A stretch of 64,000 nucleotides of DNA from Rickettsiales bacterium (GTDB taxonomy: Bacteria; Pseudomonadota; Alphaproteobacteria; Methylaequorales; Methylaequoraceae): NCBI GenBank assembly GCA_002691145.1, contig NZHE01000024.1, forward strand, positions 8,094 to 72,093, written 5' to 3'. The notes under the pieces were generated by a model. That model worked only from the letters and a program-made list of their open reading frames with translations, searched no databases and was not told where the DNA came from. Positions 8,008 through 18,901 of this stretch are shown piece by piece (within the stretch, counting starts at the first letter, position 1; every line of letters begins with the position of its first letter). The position numbers were made by a program, and so were the translations under genes.

Positions 8008-9558
8008 ATGACACTTCATCTTAAAATGCCGTCTAAAGTAAATAATCTTTCACCTAAGATATCAGTAATTGGTGTTGGGGGAACGGGGGGTAATATTATT
8101 AATAGCATGATAGAATCTAAAATTGAAGGAGTTCACTTCTTAAATGTCAATACTGACAGTCAAGCTTTAAAACACTCATTGGCTGAAAATACTTTGCAAC
8201 TAGGTCCTAATTGTACTCAAGGTTTGGGAGCCGGTGCAAATCCAGAAATTGGAAAAGAATCCGCAGAGGAAGTTACAGATGAAATACAGGAATATATGGA
8301 AAATTCAAATATGGTATTTATTACTGCAGGTATGGGAGGAGGTACAGGAACAGGAGCCTCTCCAGTAATTGCAAGGATAGCCAGAGATCTTGGTATTTTG
8401 ATTGTAGGGGTTGTTACCAAACCATTTGAAATGGAGGGGAAAAGAAGAATGACTCAAGCAAATGAAGGAATCAAAGAACTTCAGAAATATGTTGATAATT
8501 TAATTGTAATTCCAAATCAAAATATTTACCACTTTGCGAAGCCTGATACAACGATCTCAGAAGCTCTTCAACTTGCTGATAATGTTTTAATTAATGGAGT
8601 AAAAAGTATTATTGATTTAATGGTCAAACCAGGAATTATGAATCATGATTTTGCCGATGTAAAAGCAGTTATGAGTGAAACTGGAAAAGTTCATATGGGA
8701 ACTGGAATTTCCAATGAGCAGGATAGAGCTATTAAAGCAACAGAGGAGGCGATTTGCAACCCTCTACTAGAAAACAACTCTATGTCTGGGGCAAGAGGAA
8801 TATTAATAAATATAACTGGTGGCAAAGATATAACACTGCATGAAGTTGATCAAGCTGTTAACAGGATCAAAGAAGAATCGAACGAAAATGCAAATTTAAT
8901 TTGGGGATTGACAGAGGATGAAGAACTTAATGGAAAATTTAAAATATCTGTAATATCGACTGGAATTGATTCTGAGTCATATATTGAGAATCAAATTGAA
9001 AATGTAAATGTTTCTGAATTAAATAGTGAATATGTACAGGAAAATATCGTAGAACATTCTGAACCTAATAATTTTATTGATGAGAAATCTGAAGTGAAAT
9101 TTAATGAAAGTAGCGTTGAAGAAAAATCATCTTTAAATTCAGGAAGTAGTTTTATTGTAAATTTGAATAATAATTTAGAAGAAAAAAACGATAATTCAAT
9201 TCAGGAACTTGAAGAAAAAGCAAGAAAGTTTAAAGTTTCTGAAAAAAATGAAAATAAAAGCTCAATTTTTTCAAAGATTTTTGGGGGGAACTCAAAAATT
9301 AATAAAAATGAAATTGAAGAGTTGAAAGATAAAGAAGAGAATAACCTTGATGTGATGAAACAAACAGAAAAGACTTTAGAATTTGACGATAAATATAATT
9401 CTCCAGGATTAAATAAAGATGAAGACTATTTAAATAGTAACTCTAAAAATGAGAATACAAATAAAACTGATTCTTTAAATTCAAAAGAGCAACAAGGTTT
9501 AGAATTTGAAGAAGACTTATTACAAATTCCTGCATTTTTGAGAAGACAAGCTAATTAA
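8008..9558 (+). CDS. ftsZ: Cell division protein FtsZ
   Basis: GMGGGTGTG tubulin signature, NHDFADV T7 loop, long acidic linker and C-terminal LQIPAFLRRQAN. CAGGAG RBS. Confidence 0.98.
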   Translation: MTLHLKMPSKVNNLSPKISVIGVGGTGGNIINSMIESKIEGVHFLNVNTDSQALKHSLAENTLQLGPNCTQGLGAGANPEIGKESAEEVTDEIQEYMENSNMVFITAGMGGGTGTGASPVIARIARDLGILIVGVVTKPFEMEGKRRMTQANEGIKELQKYVDNLIVIPNQNIYHFAKPDTTISEALQLADNVLINGVKSIIDLMVKPGIMNHDFADVKAVMSETGKVHMGTGISNEQDRAIKATEEAICNPLLENNSMSGARGILINITGGKDITLHEVDQAVNRIKEESNENANLIWGLTEDEELNGKFKISVISTGIDSESYIENQIENVNVSELNSEYVQENIVEHSEPNNFIDEKSEVKFNESSVEEKSSLNSGSSFIVNLNNNLEEKNDNSIQELEEKARKFKVSEKNENKSSIFSKIFGGNSKINKNEIEELKDKEENNLDVMKQTEKTLEFDDKYNSPGLNKDEDYLNSNSKNENTNKTDSLNSKEQQGLEFEEDLLQIPAFLRRQAN

Positions 9559-9582
9559 ATAACTTAAGTGTCTAAATTGAAA

Positions 9583-10518
9583 ATGAATCTTAAACAACAT
9601 TATCCAGTTATGTGTAATGAAGTTTTAAAAAATTTAAACATTAATAGTCGAGGAATCTATTTGGACGCAACTTTCGGTCAGGGTGGTTACTGTAAAGCAA
9701 TTCTGGAAAAGTATAAATGTAAAATTATTGCAATTGATAGGGATAAAAATGCATCGCTATATGCCGAAAAAATTAAAGAAGAATTTCCAGAGAATTTCTT
9801 CTTTAATAATGAAAAATTTAGTGATTTAGATAAAGTCTTACTGAAAAATAATATAAAAAAAATTGATGGAATTATGTTTGATCTCGGAGTTTCTAGCACT
9901 CAAATTGATACTCCTGAGAGGGGCTTCTCATTTAAAAATGATGGACCTCTTGATATGAGAATGGATCAAACAGATAATCTTAATGCTGAGTTTATTATAA
10001 ATAATTTATCTGAAGAAAAATTATCAGATATTTTTTTCAGATTTGGAGAAGAGAGAAATTCTCGTAGAATTGGAAGAGAAATAATTAAAAGAAGAAAAAT
10101 AAAAAAGATATCATCAACAGGACAATTATCTGAGTTAATAAATAAAATAAATTTAAAAACAAAGAGAACGAAAATTGATCCATCTACAAGGGTATTTCAA
10201 GCATTACGGATTTATATTAATAAGGAAATAGAAGAGCTTGAAAAAGCACTTTTGAAATGTCTCAGTGAGTTAAGACAAAATGGAAGAATTGCAGTTGTTT
10301 CCTTTCATTCGATAGAAGATAGAGTGGTTAAAAAATTTTTTAGAAAATATAGTGGTTATAGAGTAGGAAATTATAAACATCTGCCTGAAAACATATCTGA
10401 AAACAAAGAACCAAAATTAAAAATAATTACAAAAAAAGCTATTCTTCCGTCGAATAAAGAAATTATAAGAAATCCAAGATCTCGGTCTGCTAAATTAAGA
10501 ATTGCTGAATTGATATGA
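9583..10518 (+). CDS. rsmH: 16S rRNA m4C1402 methyltransferase RsmH (MraW)
   Basis: HYPVM, DATFGQGG, DLGVSS.QID...RGFSF, FHSIEDR and NPRSRSAKLR. Alternative GTG start at 9568. Confidence 0.96.
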   Translation: MNLKQHYPVMCNEVLKNLNINSRGIYLDATFGQGGYCKAILEKYKCKIIAIDRDKNASLYAEKIKEEFPENFFFNNEKFSDLDKVLLKNNIKKIDGIMFDLGVSSTQIDTPERGFSFKNDGPLDMRMDQTDNLNAEFIINNLSEEKLSDIFFRFGEERNSRRIGREIIKRRKIKKISSTGQLSELINKINLKTKRTKIDPSTRVFQALRIYINKEIEELEKALLKCLSELRQNGRIAVVSFHSIEDRVVKKFFRKYSGYRVGNYKHLPENISENKEPKLKIITKKAILPSNKEIIRNPRSRSAKLRIAELI

Positions 10519-10772
10519 AAATTTCTTATATTACTTTCATTTTTTTCTTTCTAATTACTATAAAAACCATCTTTCATTTTCAATTAGTAAATACCAATAA
10601 AAAGATCATCAAACTTGAGGAAATAAAAGCAAAAAAAATTGAAGAACTTGAATTGTTCAATATCAACTGGACTTTTATTAAGAGACCAGAAAATTTAAAT
10701 AAAATTAATGAACAAAATTTCAATTTTAAACCAATTGTTATTGAGGATGAATTAAAGTTAAAAGACTTTTAA
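10515..10772 (+). CDS. ftsL: Cell division protein FtsL-like
   Basis: TM plus coiled coil and W.FI.RPE.L motif; lies between rsmH and ftsI. Confidence 0.75.
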   Translation: MKISYITFIFFFLITIKTIFHFQLVNTNKKIIKLEEIKAKKIEELELFNINWTFIKRPENLNKINEQNFNFKPIVIEDELKLKDF

Positions 10773-10776
10773 GATT

Positions 10777-12456
10777 ATGAATACAAAAGACAAATATAAT
10801 TTTGAAAACATTAGACCGTCATCAGTCTTTACTAAAATAAATTTTAAAGTTAAAATTGCTAACGATTTCAATATAATTAAAGCATCGAGACTGAATAGGA
10901 CTTTGAGTCTTGGCAAACCTCGTTTAGTTATGCTTTCTGTCGGTATATATATTTTTTTTTTATTTTTATCCTTTAATATTTTTAACATATCGGTTAACCA
11001 AAAAAAAATCAATTACGTTAATAACTCTAAGTCAGAAATTATTAATAGAGGTAAAATATTGGATAGGAATAAAAATATTATTTCAGCAACCATTCCAACT
11101 TTTGATCTATATTTAGACACTAAAAAAATAATAAATATTGATAATGCAAGAAAAGAAATAATAAAAATTTATCCAGAAAAAGAAAAATTTTTAGAAAATA
11201 TTTTTAAAAAAAAAAAATACATACTTATCGATAAACATTTATCCAATGAGCAACGTATTAAAATTAATGAAATTGGTGAACCTGGATTCATCTTTCATTC
11301 TTCCGAAAAAAGAGTTTATCCCCAAAAAAATCTATTCGCTCACACTACTGGCTTTTTATCAAAATTTGGTAAATCTCAAAGTAAATTAGAAAAAAGTTAT
11401 GACAAATATTTAAAATCTGGGAAAGATCTAAATCTTACTTTGGATTTAAGAATACAAAATGTTGTGTATGAGGAAATTAAAAAAGGTAAAGAGATCTTTA
11501 ATGCGAGCTCAGCTGTAGGTCTGGTACTAAATGTCAATAATGGAGAGATAATTTCCATGGTTTCCCTACCAGATTATGATCCTAACTACCCTTCTAAAAT
11601 AAAGCCATTTACTGAAAATAATCTTATAACGAATGCGAGATATGAAATGGGGTCGACACTTAAAATGTTTAACGCAGCTATGGCTTTTGAGCATAATCTT
11701 GTTGATGTTGAGAAGTTATACGAGATTCCAAACAAATATCAACTTACAAAAAATTATATTGTAAAGGATGAGTCAAACTTTATAAACCCAATTACCTTTG
11801 AAGAAATTTATACAAATTCATCGAATGTTGGAAACATAATAGTATTAGAACAAATAGGAATAAATAAACAAAAAACATTTTTCAAAAAACTAGGCTTTGA
11901 AGATAAATTAGATTTAAAAGGAATAAATGTAATTAATAATAATTTTCCCCAAAAAGAAAATTGGAATGATATTTTATCAAAAAGTATAAGTATTGGTTAT
12001 GGAATTTCAATTTCGCCACTAAGTCTTGCCAGATCATTTGCGTCACTAGTGAACGGTGGGAAAAAAATAAATGTCAAAATTATAAAAAGTGATAAAAACA
12101 AAACAATAAGAGTTATTTCAGAGGACACATCAAGTAAAATTAATAATATTTTAAAAAAAATCATTGAAACAGGAACTGGTAAAAGAGCTATGGTATCCAA
12201 AATTGAGGTGGGGGGGAAAACTGGAACAGCTAAAAAATCAAAGAATAAGATGGGATATCATGACAATAAATATATAACCTCCTTTATTGGAACCTTTCCA
12301 ATAGAAAAACCAAAATTTTTAGTTTTTGTTTTATTTGATGAACCTAAAGACTTAAGCAACAAAAATAGAAAATTCACAGGGGGCACAACAGCAGCTCCAG
12401 TTTTTTCTAAAATAGTAGAGAGAATATTTCCAATTCTAAAACAAATAAACTTTTAA
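10777..12456 (+). CDS. ftsI: Peptidoglycan D,D-transpeptidase FtsI (PBP3)
   Basis: RGKILDRN, SxxK (GSTLK), SxN (SSNVG) and KTG (GGKTGTA). Confidence 0.95.
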   Translation: MNTKDKYNFENIRPSSVFTKINFKVKIANDFNIIKASRLNRTLSLGKPRLVMLSVGIYIFFLFLSFNIFNISVNQKKINYVNNSKSEIINRGKILDRNKNIISATIPTFDLYLDTKKIINIDNARKEIIKIYPEKEKFLENIFKKKKYILIDKHLSNEQRIKINEIGEPGFIFHSSEKRVYPQKNLFAHTTGFLSKFGKSQSKLEKSYDKYLKSGKDLNLTLDLRIQNVVYEEIKKGKEIFNASSAVGLVLNVNNGEIISMVSLPDYDPNYPSKIKPFTENNLITNARYEMGSTLKMFNAAMAFEHNLVDVEKLYEIPNKYQLTKNYIVKDESNFINPITFEEIYTNSSNVGNIIVLEQIGINKQKTFFKKLGFEDKLDLKGINVINNNFPQKENWNDILSKSISIGYGISISPLSLARSFASLVNGGKKINVKIIKSDKNKTIRVISEDTSSKINNILKKIIETGTGKRAMVSKIEVGGKTGTAKKSKNKMGYHDNKYITSFIGTFPIEKPKFLVFVLFDEPKDLSNKNRKFTGGTTAAPVFSKIVERIFPILKQINF

Positions 12457-12463
12457 AATTCAA

Positions 12464-13942
12464 ATGAAGTTAAATAAAATTTTAGAAAACTGTTCAACAA
12501 AATATTTTTTGAAAAAAAATCATTTTAATCCAGAGATTTATGGTATTGCAGTCCACTCATCAAAAGTAAAAAAAAAATTTCTTTTTGGGGCAATAAAGGG
12601 AAATAAGTTTAATGGAGAGAATTATATTCAAACACTAATACAAAAAAATAAAAATTTCTTTATTGTTCACAATAGTTTTGACACCACAAAATTTGACTTA
12701 AAAAAAAATATTTTTATTAAAACCAATAATGTTAGACTATTGGTAAGTGAGGTTGCATCAGTGCTCTTTCCTAATAATATAAAAGAAAAAATAGCTGTAA
12801 CGGGAACAAATGGTAAAACTAGTATTGCTAATTACAGTCTTCAATTGAATAGAATCGTAGGTGAAAGAATGGCAAGTATCGGAACCCTAGGAACAATATT
12901 CAATGATGAGAAGATAGAAAATACGGAACAACTCACAACCCCTCAATCTATTGAATTTCATAAATCATTAAAAAATCTGAGTATAAAAGGGTGTAAGAAA
13001 TTAATTGTAGAAGCTTCAAGCATAGGATTAGATCAAAATAGGTTATATCCAATAAAATTTAATAAGGTGGCATTTACTAATTTGAGTCATGATCATCTAG
13101 ATTATCATAAATCGTTAACAAAATATAAAATTGCTAAAACTAAATTATTTTCTGAACACACTACAAGTAGTTCAATAGCGATTGTTAATGCTGATGATAA
13201 ATATACAAAATATTTTTTAACAATATGTAAAAAAAGAAAAATTAAAGTCTTAGACTATGGCTTCAAGGGCAAATTTATTAAATTTAAGTCTATAAAAGAC
13301 CAAAAAAATGGATTTTTAATTAATTTTACCTTCAATCAGAAAGATTTTGAGTTATATCTCAATTGCTCGAGCTCTTTTGAAATTTTTAATTTATTTGCAT
13401 CTTTAATTATAACCTTTGAAGAAAAATTAAATAGTGACAAATTTAATTTACTGAATGAATTAAAAAATACAGACGGTAGATTAGAAAAAATATACGACGA
13501 AACTTTTAGCGTTTTTATAGATTATGCACATACCCCCGATGCAGTTCAAAATGTCTTATCTTGTTTGTCAAAAAAAAAATCAAATAGAATTATTTCGATA
13601 ATTGGTTGTGGTGGAAACAGAGACAAAAAGAAAAGGAATATCATGACAAAAAAAGCTCTCAAATATTCTGATTTAGTAATTCTAGCAGATGATAATCCGC
13701 GATACGAGAGACCAGAGACGATTAGAAAAGAAATGATGCAAAATTTAAATAAAAGTGAACTTTTGAGAATAAGTAATATTGGAGATAGAAAAAAAGCAAT
13801 AAAGTATGGTCTACAATTAGTAAAAAAAAAAGACATACTCATCATTTTTGGAAAAGGACACGAAAAATTTCAAATAATAAATGGGAAAAAAAAAATATTT
13901 AGTGATCATGATGTTGTTAAAAATTTTTTAAAGATTAGATGA
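12464..13942 (+). CDS. murE: UDP-MurNAc-tripeptide synthetase (meso-DAP ligase)
   Basis: VTGTNGKTS, HDHLDYH, DYAHTPDA, DNPR (DAP specificity) and GKGHE. Confidence 0.96.
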   Translation: MKLNKILENCSTKYFLKKNHFNPEIYGIAVHSSKVKKKFLFGAIKGNKFNGENYIQTLIQKNKNFFIVHNSFDTTKFDLKKNIFIKTNNVRLLVSEVASVLFPNNIKEKIAVTGTNGKTSIANYSLQLNRIVGERMASIGTLGTIFNDEKIENTEQLTTPQSIEFHKSLKNLSIKGCKKLIVEASSIGLDQNRLYPIKFNKVAFTNLSHDHLDYHKSLTKYKIAKTKLFSEHTTSSSIAIVNADDKYTKYFLTICKKRKIKVLDYGFKGKFIKFKSIKDQKNGFLINFTFNQKDFELYLNCSSSFEIFNLFASLIITFEEKLNSDKFNLLNELKNTDGRLEKIYDETFSVFIDYAHTPDAVQNVLSCLSKKKSNRIISIIGCGGNRDKKKRNIMTKKALKYSDLVILADDNPRYERPETIRKEMMQNLNKSELLRISNIGDRKKAIKYGLQLVKKKDILIIFGKGHEKFQIINGKKKIFSDHDVVKNFLKIR

Positions 13943-15321
13943 ATATTTGGAATTCAAAAAGTTTAGCAAATGTGTTGAAATCTGAAGTTTTAAAAAATCA
14001 GGTTATAAGTACAATTAGCATTAATTCAAAAAAAATAGGAGAAAACTGTTTATTTATCCCTATTAAAGGAGAAAGATTTAATGGACATGATTTTATAGGA
14101 GAGGCCTTCAGAAATGGCGCTAGTCTCTCCTTAGTAGAGGAAAAATTTATTTCAAGATTAGAATTATCTAGTGAACTTAAAAAAAAACTATTAATAGTTG
14201 ATAACACCCTCTATTCCATGAAAATTCTTGCAAAAGAGGCAAGGGAAAGAGCAAATAAACTCAAAATGATTGGAATTACAGGTAGTAGTGGTAAAACAAC
14301 TTTAAAAAACTGGACATCTGAAATATTAAAACAATATTTTCTTACTCATAAAACAATAGGCAACTATAATAATCAAATTGGTCTCACACTTAGTTTATCA
14401 ATGATGCCAAAAAACACAGAAATTGGTGTTTTCGAATTAGGGATGAACCAAAAAGATGAAATTAATGAATTAACAAAAATAATCAAACCAAATATTTCTA
14501 TTATAACAAATGTGGCACCAGCACACATTGAAAACTTTAATTCAGAGATAGAAATTGCCGAAGAAAAGTCATGTATTTTTTCAGGGCATAAAAAAGGCAT
14601 AGCTATTATTCCAAGTGAATCAAAATATTTTGAAATGTTAAAAATAAAAGCTGAAAAAAATTTTCATAAAGTTTATACTTTTGGAATTGGAAAAAATAGT
14701 GATTTTCAATTTCTAGGTTTGAAAAAAGAAAAATCAACTATCAGATTTAAGATTCTTGGAGAGAACTTTACTGTTAAAAACTTATATTTAGCAAACCATT
14801 TTTATTTAAATATTTCTATTATTATTGGGATAGCAAAACTTTTAAAGATTAATTTAAATAATTTAAAAAAACAATTGCAGAATCTTTCGCCTGTGCAGGG
14901 CAGAGGAAGCATACACTTTGTAAATTATAAAAAAAAAAAATTTACTTTAATTGACGATTCGTATAATTCCAATCCCCTCTCTTTAGAAGTTTCAATAAAA
15001 AATTTAAAAACATTTTATAATTATAATAGAAAAATATGTGTAATTGGTGATATGTTAGAACTTGGTAAACAATCTACAAAATTTCATTTAGATGTTATTA
15101 AAATTCTTTACAGTGAAAAAATTGATATTGTTTATACGATTGGTAAATTTTCAAAAGTAATCTTTAGCAACATGCAAAAAAAAATAATCTGTGAACATTT
15201 TAATAATTTAAAAAGTTTAGAGAATGCGATTTTTTCTGTGATTCAAACTAATGATGTAATTCTTTTTAAAGGCTCTAACTCAATTGGATTGAGCAAAATT
15301 TGTAAAAAATTAATGGATTAA
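13939..15321 (+). CDS. murF: UDP-MurNAc-tripeptide:D-Ala-D-Ala ligase
   Basis: ITGSSGKTT, NYNNQIG, DDSYNSNP and GDMLELG. Confidence 0.96.
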   Translation: MNIWNSKSLANVLKSEVLKNQVISTISINSKKIGENCLFIPIKGERFNGHDFIGEAFRNGASLSLVEEKFISRLELSSELKKKLLIVDNTLYSMKILAKEARERANKLKMIGITGSSGKTTLKNWTSEILKQYFLTHKTIGNYNNQIGLTLSLSMMPKNTEIGVFELGMNQKDEINELTKIIKPNISIITNVAPAHIENFNSEIEIAEEKSCIFSGHKKGIAIIPSESKYFEMLKIKAEKNFHKVYTFGIGKNSDFQFLGLKKEKSTIRFKILGENFTVKNLYLANHFYLNISIIIGIAKLLKINLNNLKKQLQNLSPVQGRGSIHFVNYKKKKFTLIDDSYNSNPLSLEVSIKNLKTFYNYNRKICVIGDMLELGKQSTKFHLDVIKILYSEKIDIVYTIGKFSKVIFSNMQKKIICEHFNNLKSLENAIFSVIQTNDVILFKGSNSIGLSKICKKLMD

Positions 15322-15325
15322 CTAA

Positions 15326-16414
15326 ATGTTTTATTATTTCTTATTACCTTTAGTTGAACATTTTAATTTTTTAAATTTATTTAAATATATTTCATTCAGA
15401 GCGGGTGGTGCTTTATTTACGTCTTTGACAATAAGCTTTCTAATTGGTCCTTTTTTGATTAAAACTTTAAAGAATATTCAGAAAAATGGTCAACCCATAA
15501 GAAAGGATGGACCAGAGTCTCATATAATAAAAAAGGCTGGTACACCTACAATGGGGGGAACTTTGATTTTATTTTCTTTATTCATATCAGTAATTTTATG
15601 GGGAAATCTTCAGAATATTATTGTTTGGTTAGTTATATTTGTAACTTTGGCATTTGGACTAATTGGAGCGTTCGATGATTATAAAAAGTTAAAAACAAAT
15701 TCCTCTGATGGATTTAACGGGAAGGTCAGACTAGTCTTAGAATTTTTAATTTCTATTATATTTGTTTATTATTTTAATCAATTTTCACCTGATTCTTTAA
15801 AAAATCTTATTAGTATTCCATACACCAAAAATATTACTGTGGATTTGAATTATCTTTACATACCATTTTGTTCTTTCGTAATTGTAGGCACTGCTAATTC
15901 AGTAAATTTGACAGATGGACTGGATGGTTTAGCAATAGGACCAGTTATGATTACAGCTCTAGCATTTGCAATAATAGCATATTTTACTGGCAACTTTATA
16001 TTCTCAGATTATTTGAAAATTTCATTCATTCCTGGGAGTGGAGAATTAGTAATAATATGTGCTGCTCTTGTAGGTTCAGGACTTGGTTTTTTATGGTATA
16101 ATGCTCCTCCAGCAATGGTGTTTATGGGTGATACTGGATCATTAGCAGTTGGTGGAACAATTGGAGCTGTAGCAGTTGCAACAAAACATGAAATAATTCT
16201 TGCCATTGTGGGAGGTTTATTTGTTCTTGAAACAATTTCAGTGATAATGCAAGTTTTTTCATACAAACTTACTGGGAAAAGAATCTTTAAGATGGCTCCG
16301 CTTCATCATCACTTTGAGCAAAAAGGATGGTCAGAGTCAACAATTGTTATCAGATTCTGGATTATTTCTGTTGTTTTGGCCTTACTTGGTCTAGCAAGCC
16401 TGAAGTTAAGATGA
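15326..16414 (+). CDS. mraY: Phospho-N-acetylmuramoyl-pentapeptide transferase
   Basis: KAGTPTMGG, NLTDGLDGL, FMGDTGS and MAPLHHHFE. Confidence 0.98.
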   Translation: MFYYFLLPLVEHFNFLNLFKYISFRAGGALFTSLTISFLIGPFLIKTLKNIQKNGQPIRKDGPESHIIKKAGTPTMGGTLILFSLFISVILWGNLQNIIVWLVIFVTLAFGLIGAFDDYKKLKTNSSDGFNGKVRLVLEFLISIIFVYYFNQFSPDSLKNLISIPYTKNITVDLNYLYIPFCSFVIVGTANSVNLTDGLDGLAIGPVMITALAFAIIAYFTGNFIFSDYLKISFIPGSGELVIICAALVGSGLGFLWYNAPPAMVFMGDTGSLAVGGTIGAVAVATKHEIILAIVGGLFVLETISVIMQVFSYKLTGKRIFKMAPLHHHFEQKGWSESTIVIRFWIISVVLALLGLASLKLR

Positions 16415-17790
16415 TAAAAAAAAAATTCCAAAAAAAAACTTTCTTAATTATCGGTCTCGGTACTTCTGGCATTTCCATATACAAATTTTTAGAAAAGCAA
16501 AAAATTAAAGTTTTGTGTTGGGATGATAACGAAGAAGTAAGGAGAAAAGCTAATATTATCAGAATATTAACAACAGAAATAAAAAAAATTGATTTTTCAA
16601 GAATCGATTTTATTGTTTTAAGTCCAGGGATATCAAGTCATGTTCCAAATGAACATGAAGCTGTTAAAAAATCAAAAAAATTTAATTGTGAAATTATTTC
16701 TGATTTAGATTTTATTAATTTTTATAAAAGTAATTACACTAAGATCGGTATTACTGGAACCAATGGAAAATCAACGACCACGTCTTGCGTAACACATATA
16801 TGCAATAACTCAAATAAAAATTCAGTCGCTTGTGGTAATATTGGGAAACCATTTACAAGTTTAAAATTTGAAAAAAAAATTAAAAATTTGGTTGTAGAAG
16901 CCTCCTCTTTCCAACTTGAGAGACTAAAATACACAAGCTTTAACATTTCTGTTTTACTAAATATTTCAAAAGATCATCTTGAACGTCATAAAAGTATGAA
17001 AAACTATATAAATGCAAAATCACAAATATTTAAAAACCAAAAAAAAACTGATTTTGCAATTATCTCGATTGATAATCCACACACAAGAAAAATAGCCGAC
17101 AATTTTAATAAGAATTTCAAATCAAATTTAATTAAAGTAAGTAGTAAAAAAATTTTAATTAATGGTTTATCAATAACTAATACTGATAAAAATATCATGA
17201 TTAACAATGGTATTGAAAATCAATCATTTATAATAAAAAAAAGCAACCTCAAAAGCCTAGACGGCAATCATAATCTAGAAAATATTATTGCTACTTATGC
17301 AGTTTGTTATCTATTAAATATTTCTAATGATAACTTTCTAAAACATATAGCTTCGTTTAAAGGGTTAGCTCACAGATTTGAGCGTATAGCAAAACTTGAT
17401 AAAATTTTAATATTTAATGACAGTAAGGCAACTAATTTAGAGTCAACCAAAGTTGCGTTATCTAATCTAAAAAATATTTTTTGGATTTTAGGAGGCAGAG
17501 CAAAAACAGGAGGAATTACAGGTATTGAAAAGTACTTAAAACAGGTAAAAATGGGTTTTATTTTTGGTGAGGCAAAGGATATTTTTTCTAGACAATTAAA
17601 AAAACATATTAAACTTGAAAAGTTTCAAGATCTAAAACTTGCTTTTGAAAGGGCTTTAACCATTGCAAAAAAAAGAGACGAGGAAATAAATATTTTATTT
17701 TCTCCTGCCTGTTCGTCGTTTGATCAATTTAAAAATTTTGAAGAAAGAGGAGATTATTTTAAACTAATTGTAAAAAATAACCTTAGATAG
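16411..17790 (+). CDS. murD: UDP-MurNAc-L-Ala:D-Glu ligase
   Basis: GLGTSG, ITGTNGKSTT, NDSKATN and SPACSSFDQFKNFEERG. Start set at the ATGA overlap with the mraY stop. Confidence 0.96.
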   Translation: MIKKKFQKKTFLIIGLGTSGISIYKFLEKQKIKVLCWDDNEEVRRKANIIRILTTEIKKIDFSRIDFIVLSPGISSHVPNEHEAVKKSKKFNCEIISDLDFINFYKSNYTKIGITGTNGKSTTTSCVTHICNNSNKNSVACGNIGKPFTSLKFEKKIKNLVVEASSFQLERLKYTSFNISVLLNISKDHLERHKSMKNYINAKSQIFKNQKKTDFAIISIDNPHTRKIADNFNKNFKSNLIKVSSKKILINGLSITNTDKNIMINNGIENQSFIIKKSNLKSLDGNHNLENIIATYAVCYLLNISNDNFLKHIASFKGLAHRFERIAKLDKILIFNDSKATNLESTKVALSNLKNIFWILGGRAKTGGITGIEKYLKQVKMGFIFGEAKDIFSRQLKKHIKLEKFQDLKLAFERALTIAKKRDEEINILFSPACSSFDQFKNFEERGDYFKLIVKNNLR

Positions 17791-17800
17791 ATTATTTAGT

Positions 17801-18901
17801 ATGGACAGAAATCTTAAATTTAAAACTTGGTGGACTTCACTTGATAAGGTTATTTTACTTAGCACTTTAGTTTTGTTATTTTTTGGAACCATACTAATCT
17901 ATAGTAGCTCGTTATATTTTGAAGAGAGGAATAATGTTTCGTCAAATTTTTTAATCAAAAAACATTTATTTTTTATTCCACTTGCAGTATTAACTATCAT
18001 TTCTTGTTCCATATTATCTCTTCGAAATTTAATTGTAGTTAGTTTTGTTTTTTTTTTAATTTTTTTAGTTTTATCTTTCCTTCCACCTTTTTTAAACGTT
18101 GAGATAAAAGGAGCTAAAAGATGGATTAAAATTTTCAATATATCCATTCAGCCAAGTGAATTTCTAAAACCAACATTTTTAATTATAAGTTCGCTGCTTT
18201 TGACTAGGTTTAACAAGATAAAGGATTATTCTTTTAATTTAAATATTTTCTTTTTTTTGATTTTAACAATATCTTTTCTTTTCCAACCAGATTTCGGAAT
18301 GTTAATGCTAATTTTTATAGCATGGTTTTTACAGATCATCTTATCTGGAGCGTCATTATTAATTATTTTTTTATTTGTATTATTTGGGATACTAATTTCT
18401 GTTTTTGCTTTTTTTAATTTTGCCCATGTTCGTTTTAGAGTTGAAAATTTTTTTTTAGGAAACATTAGTGATAATTTTCAAATAAACAAATCAGTGGATG
18501 CAATTTCAAATGGTGGTTTGTTGGGTGAGGGACTTGGCCAGGCGGAAATATCAAAAAATCTTCCAGATGTGCATACAGACTTTATTTTTGCTTTAGCAGG
18601 TGAGGAACTTGGTTTTTTGTTTTTAATGATTTTGATATCATGCTATTTAATGATATTCGGAAGAGTGTTAATTTTTGCATTTAAAGAAAAAAACTTGTTT
18701 ATTTTTCTTGCAAGTTCAGGACTAATTTTTATTTTTATTTTTCAAGTAATGATTAATATTTCATCGTCTTTAAATTTAATCCCTACCAAAGGTATGACTT
18801 TACCTTTCATTTCATATGGAGGATCCTCTCTTATTTCATCATCGTTTTTGATTGGCTCTTTATTATGTTTAACAAAAATTAGGCAATACAATGAAAAATA
18901 A
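17801..18901 (+). CDS. ftsW: SEDS peptidoglycan polymerase FtsW
   Basis: GAKRWI, QPSEF.K, QPDFG, HTDFIF and PTKGMTLPFISYGGSS. Confidence 0.96.
   Translation: MDRNLKFKTWWTSLDKVILLSTLVLLFFGTILIYSSSLYFEERNNVSSNFLIKKHLFFIPLAVLTIISCSILSLRNLIVVSFVFFLIFLVLSFLPPFLNVEIKGAKRWIKIFNISIQPSEFLKPTFLIISSLLLTRFNKIKDYSFNLNIFFFLILTISFLFQPDFGMLMLIFIAWFLQIILSGASLLIIFLFVLFGILISVFAFFNFAHVRFRVENFFLGNISDNFQINKSVDAISNGGLLGEGLGQAEISKNLPDVHTDFIFALAGEELGFLFLMILISCYLMIFGRVLIFAFKEKNLFIFLASSGLIFIFIFQVMINISSSLNLIPTKGMTLPFISYGGSSLISSSFLIGSLLCLTKIRQYNEK

Noticed and set aside
8960-9500. Long Asn/Glu/Lys-rich low-complexity region in FtsZ
   Set aside because: Extended disordered C-terminal linkers are normal for alphaproteobacterial FtsZ; no tandem repeat or intein motifs were seen.
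16327-16410. Longer murD start given by the ORF track
   Set aside because: It would overlap mraY by 88 nt. The ATGA overlap at 16411 gives a normal MurD N-terminus.
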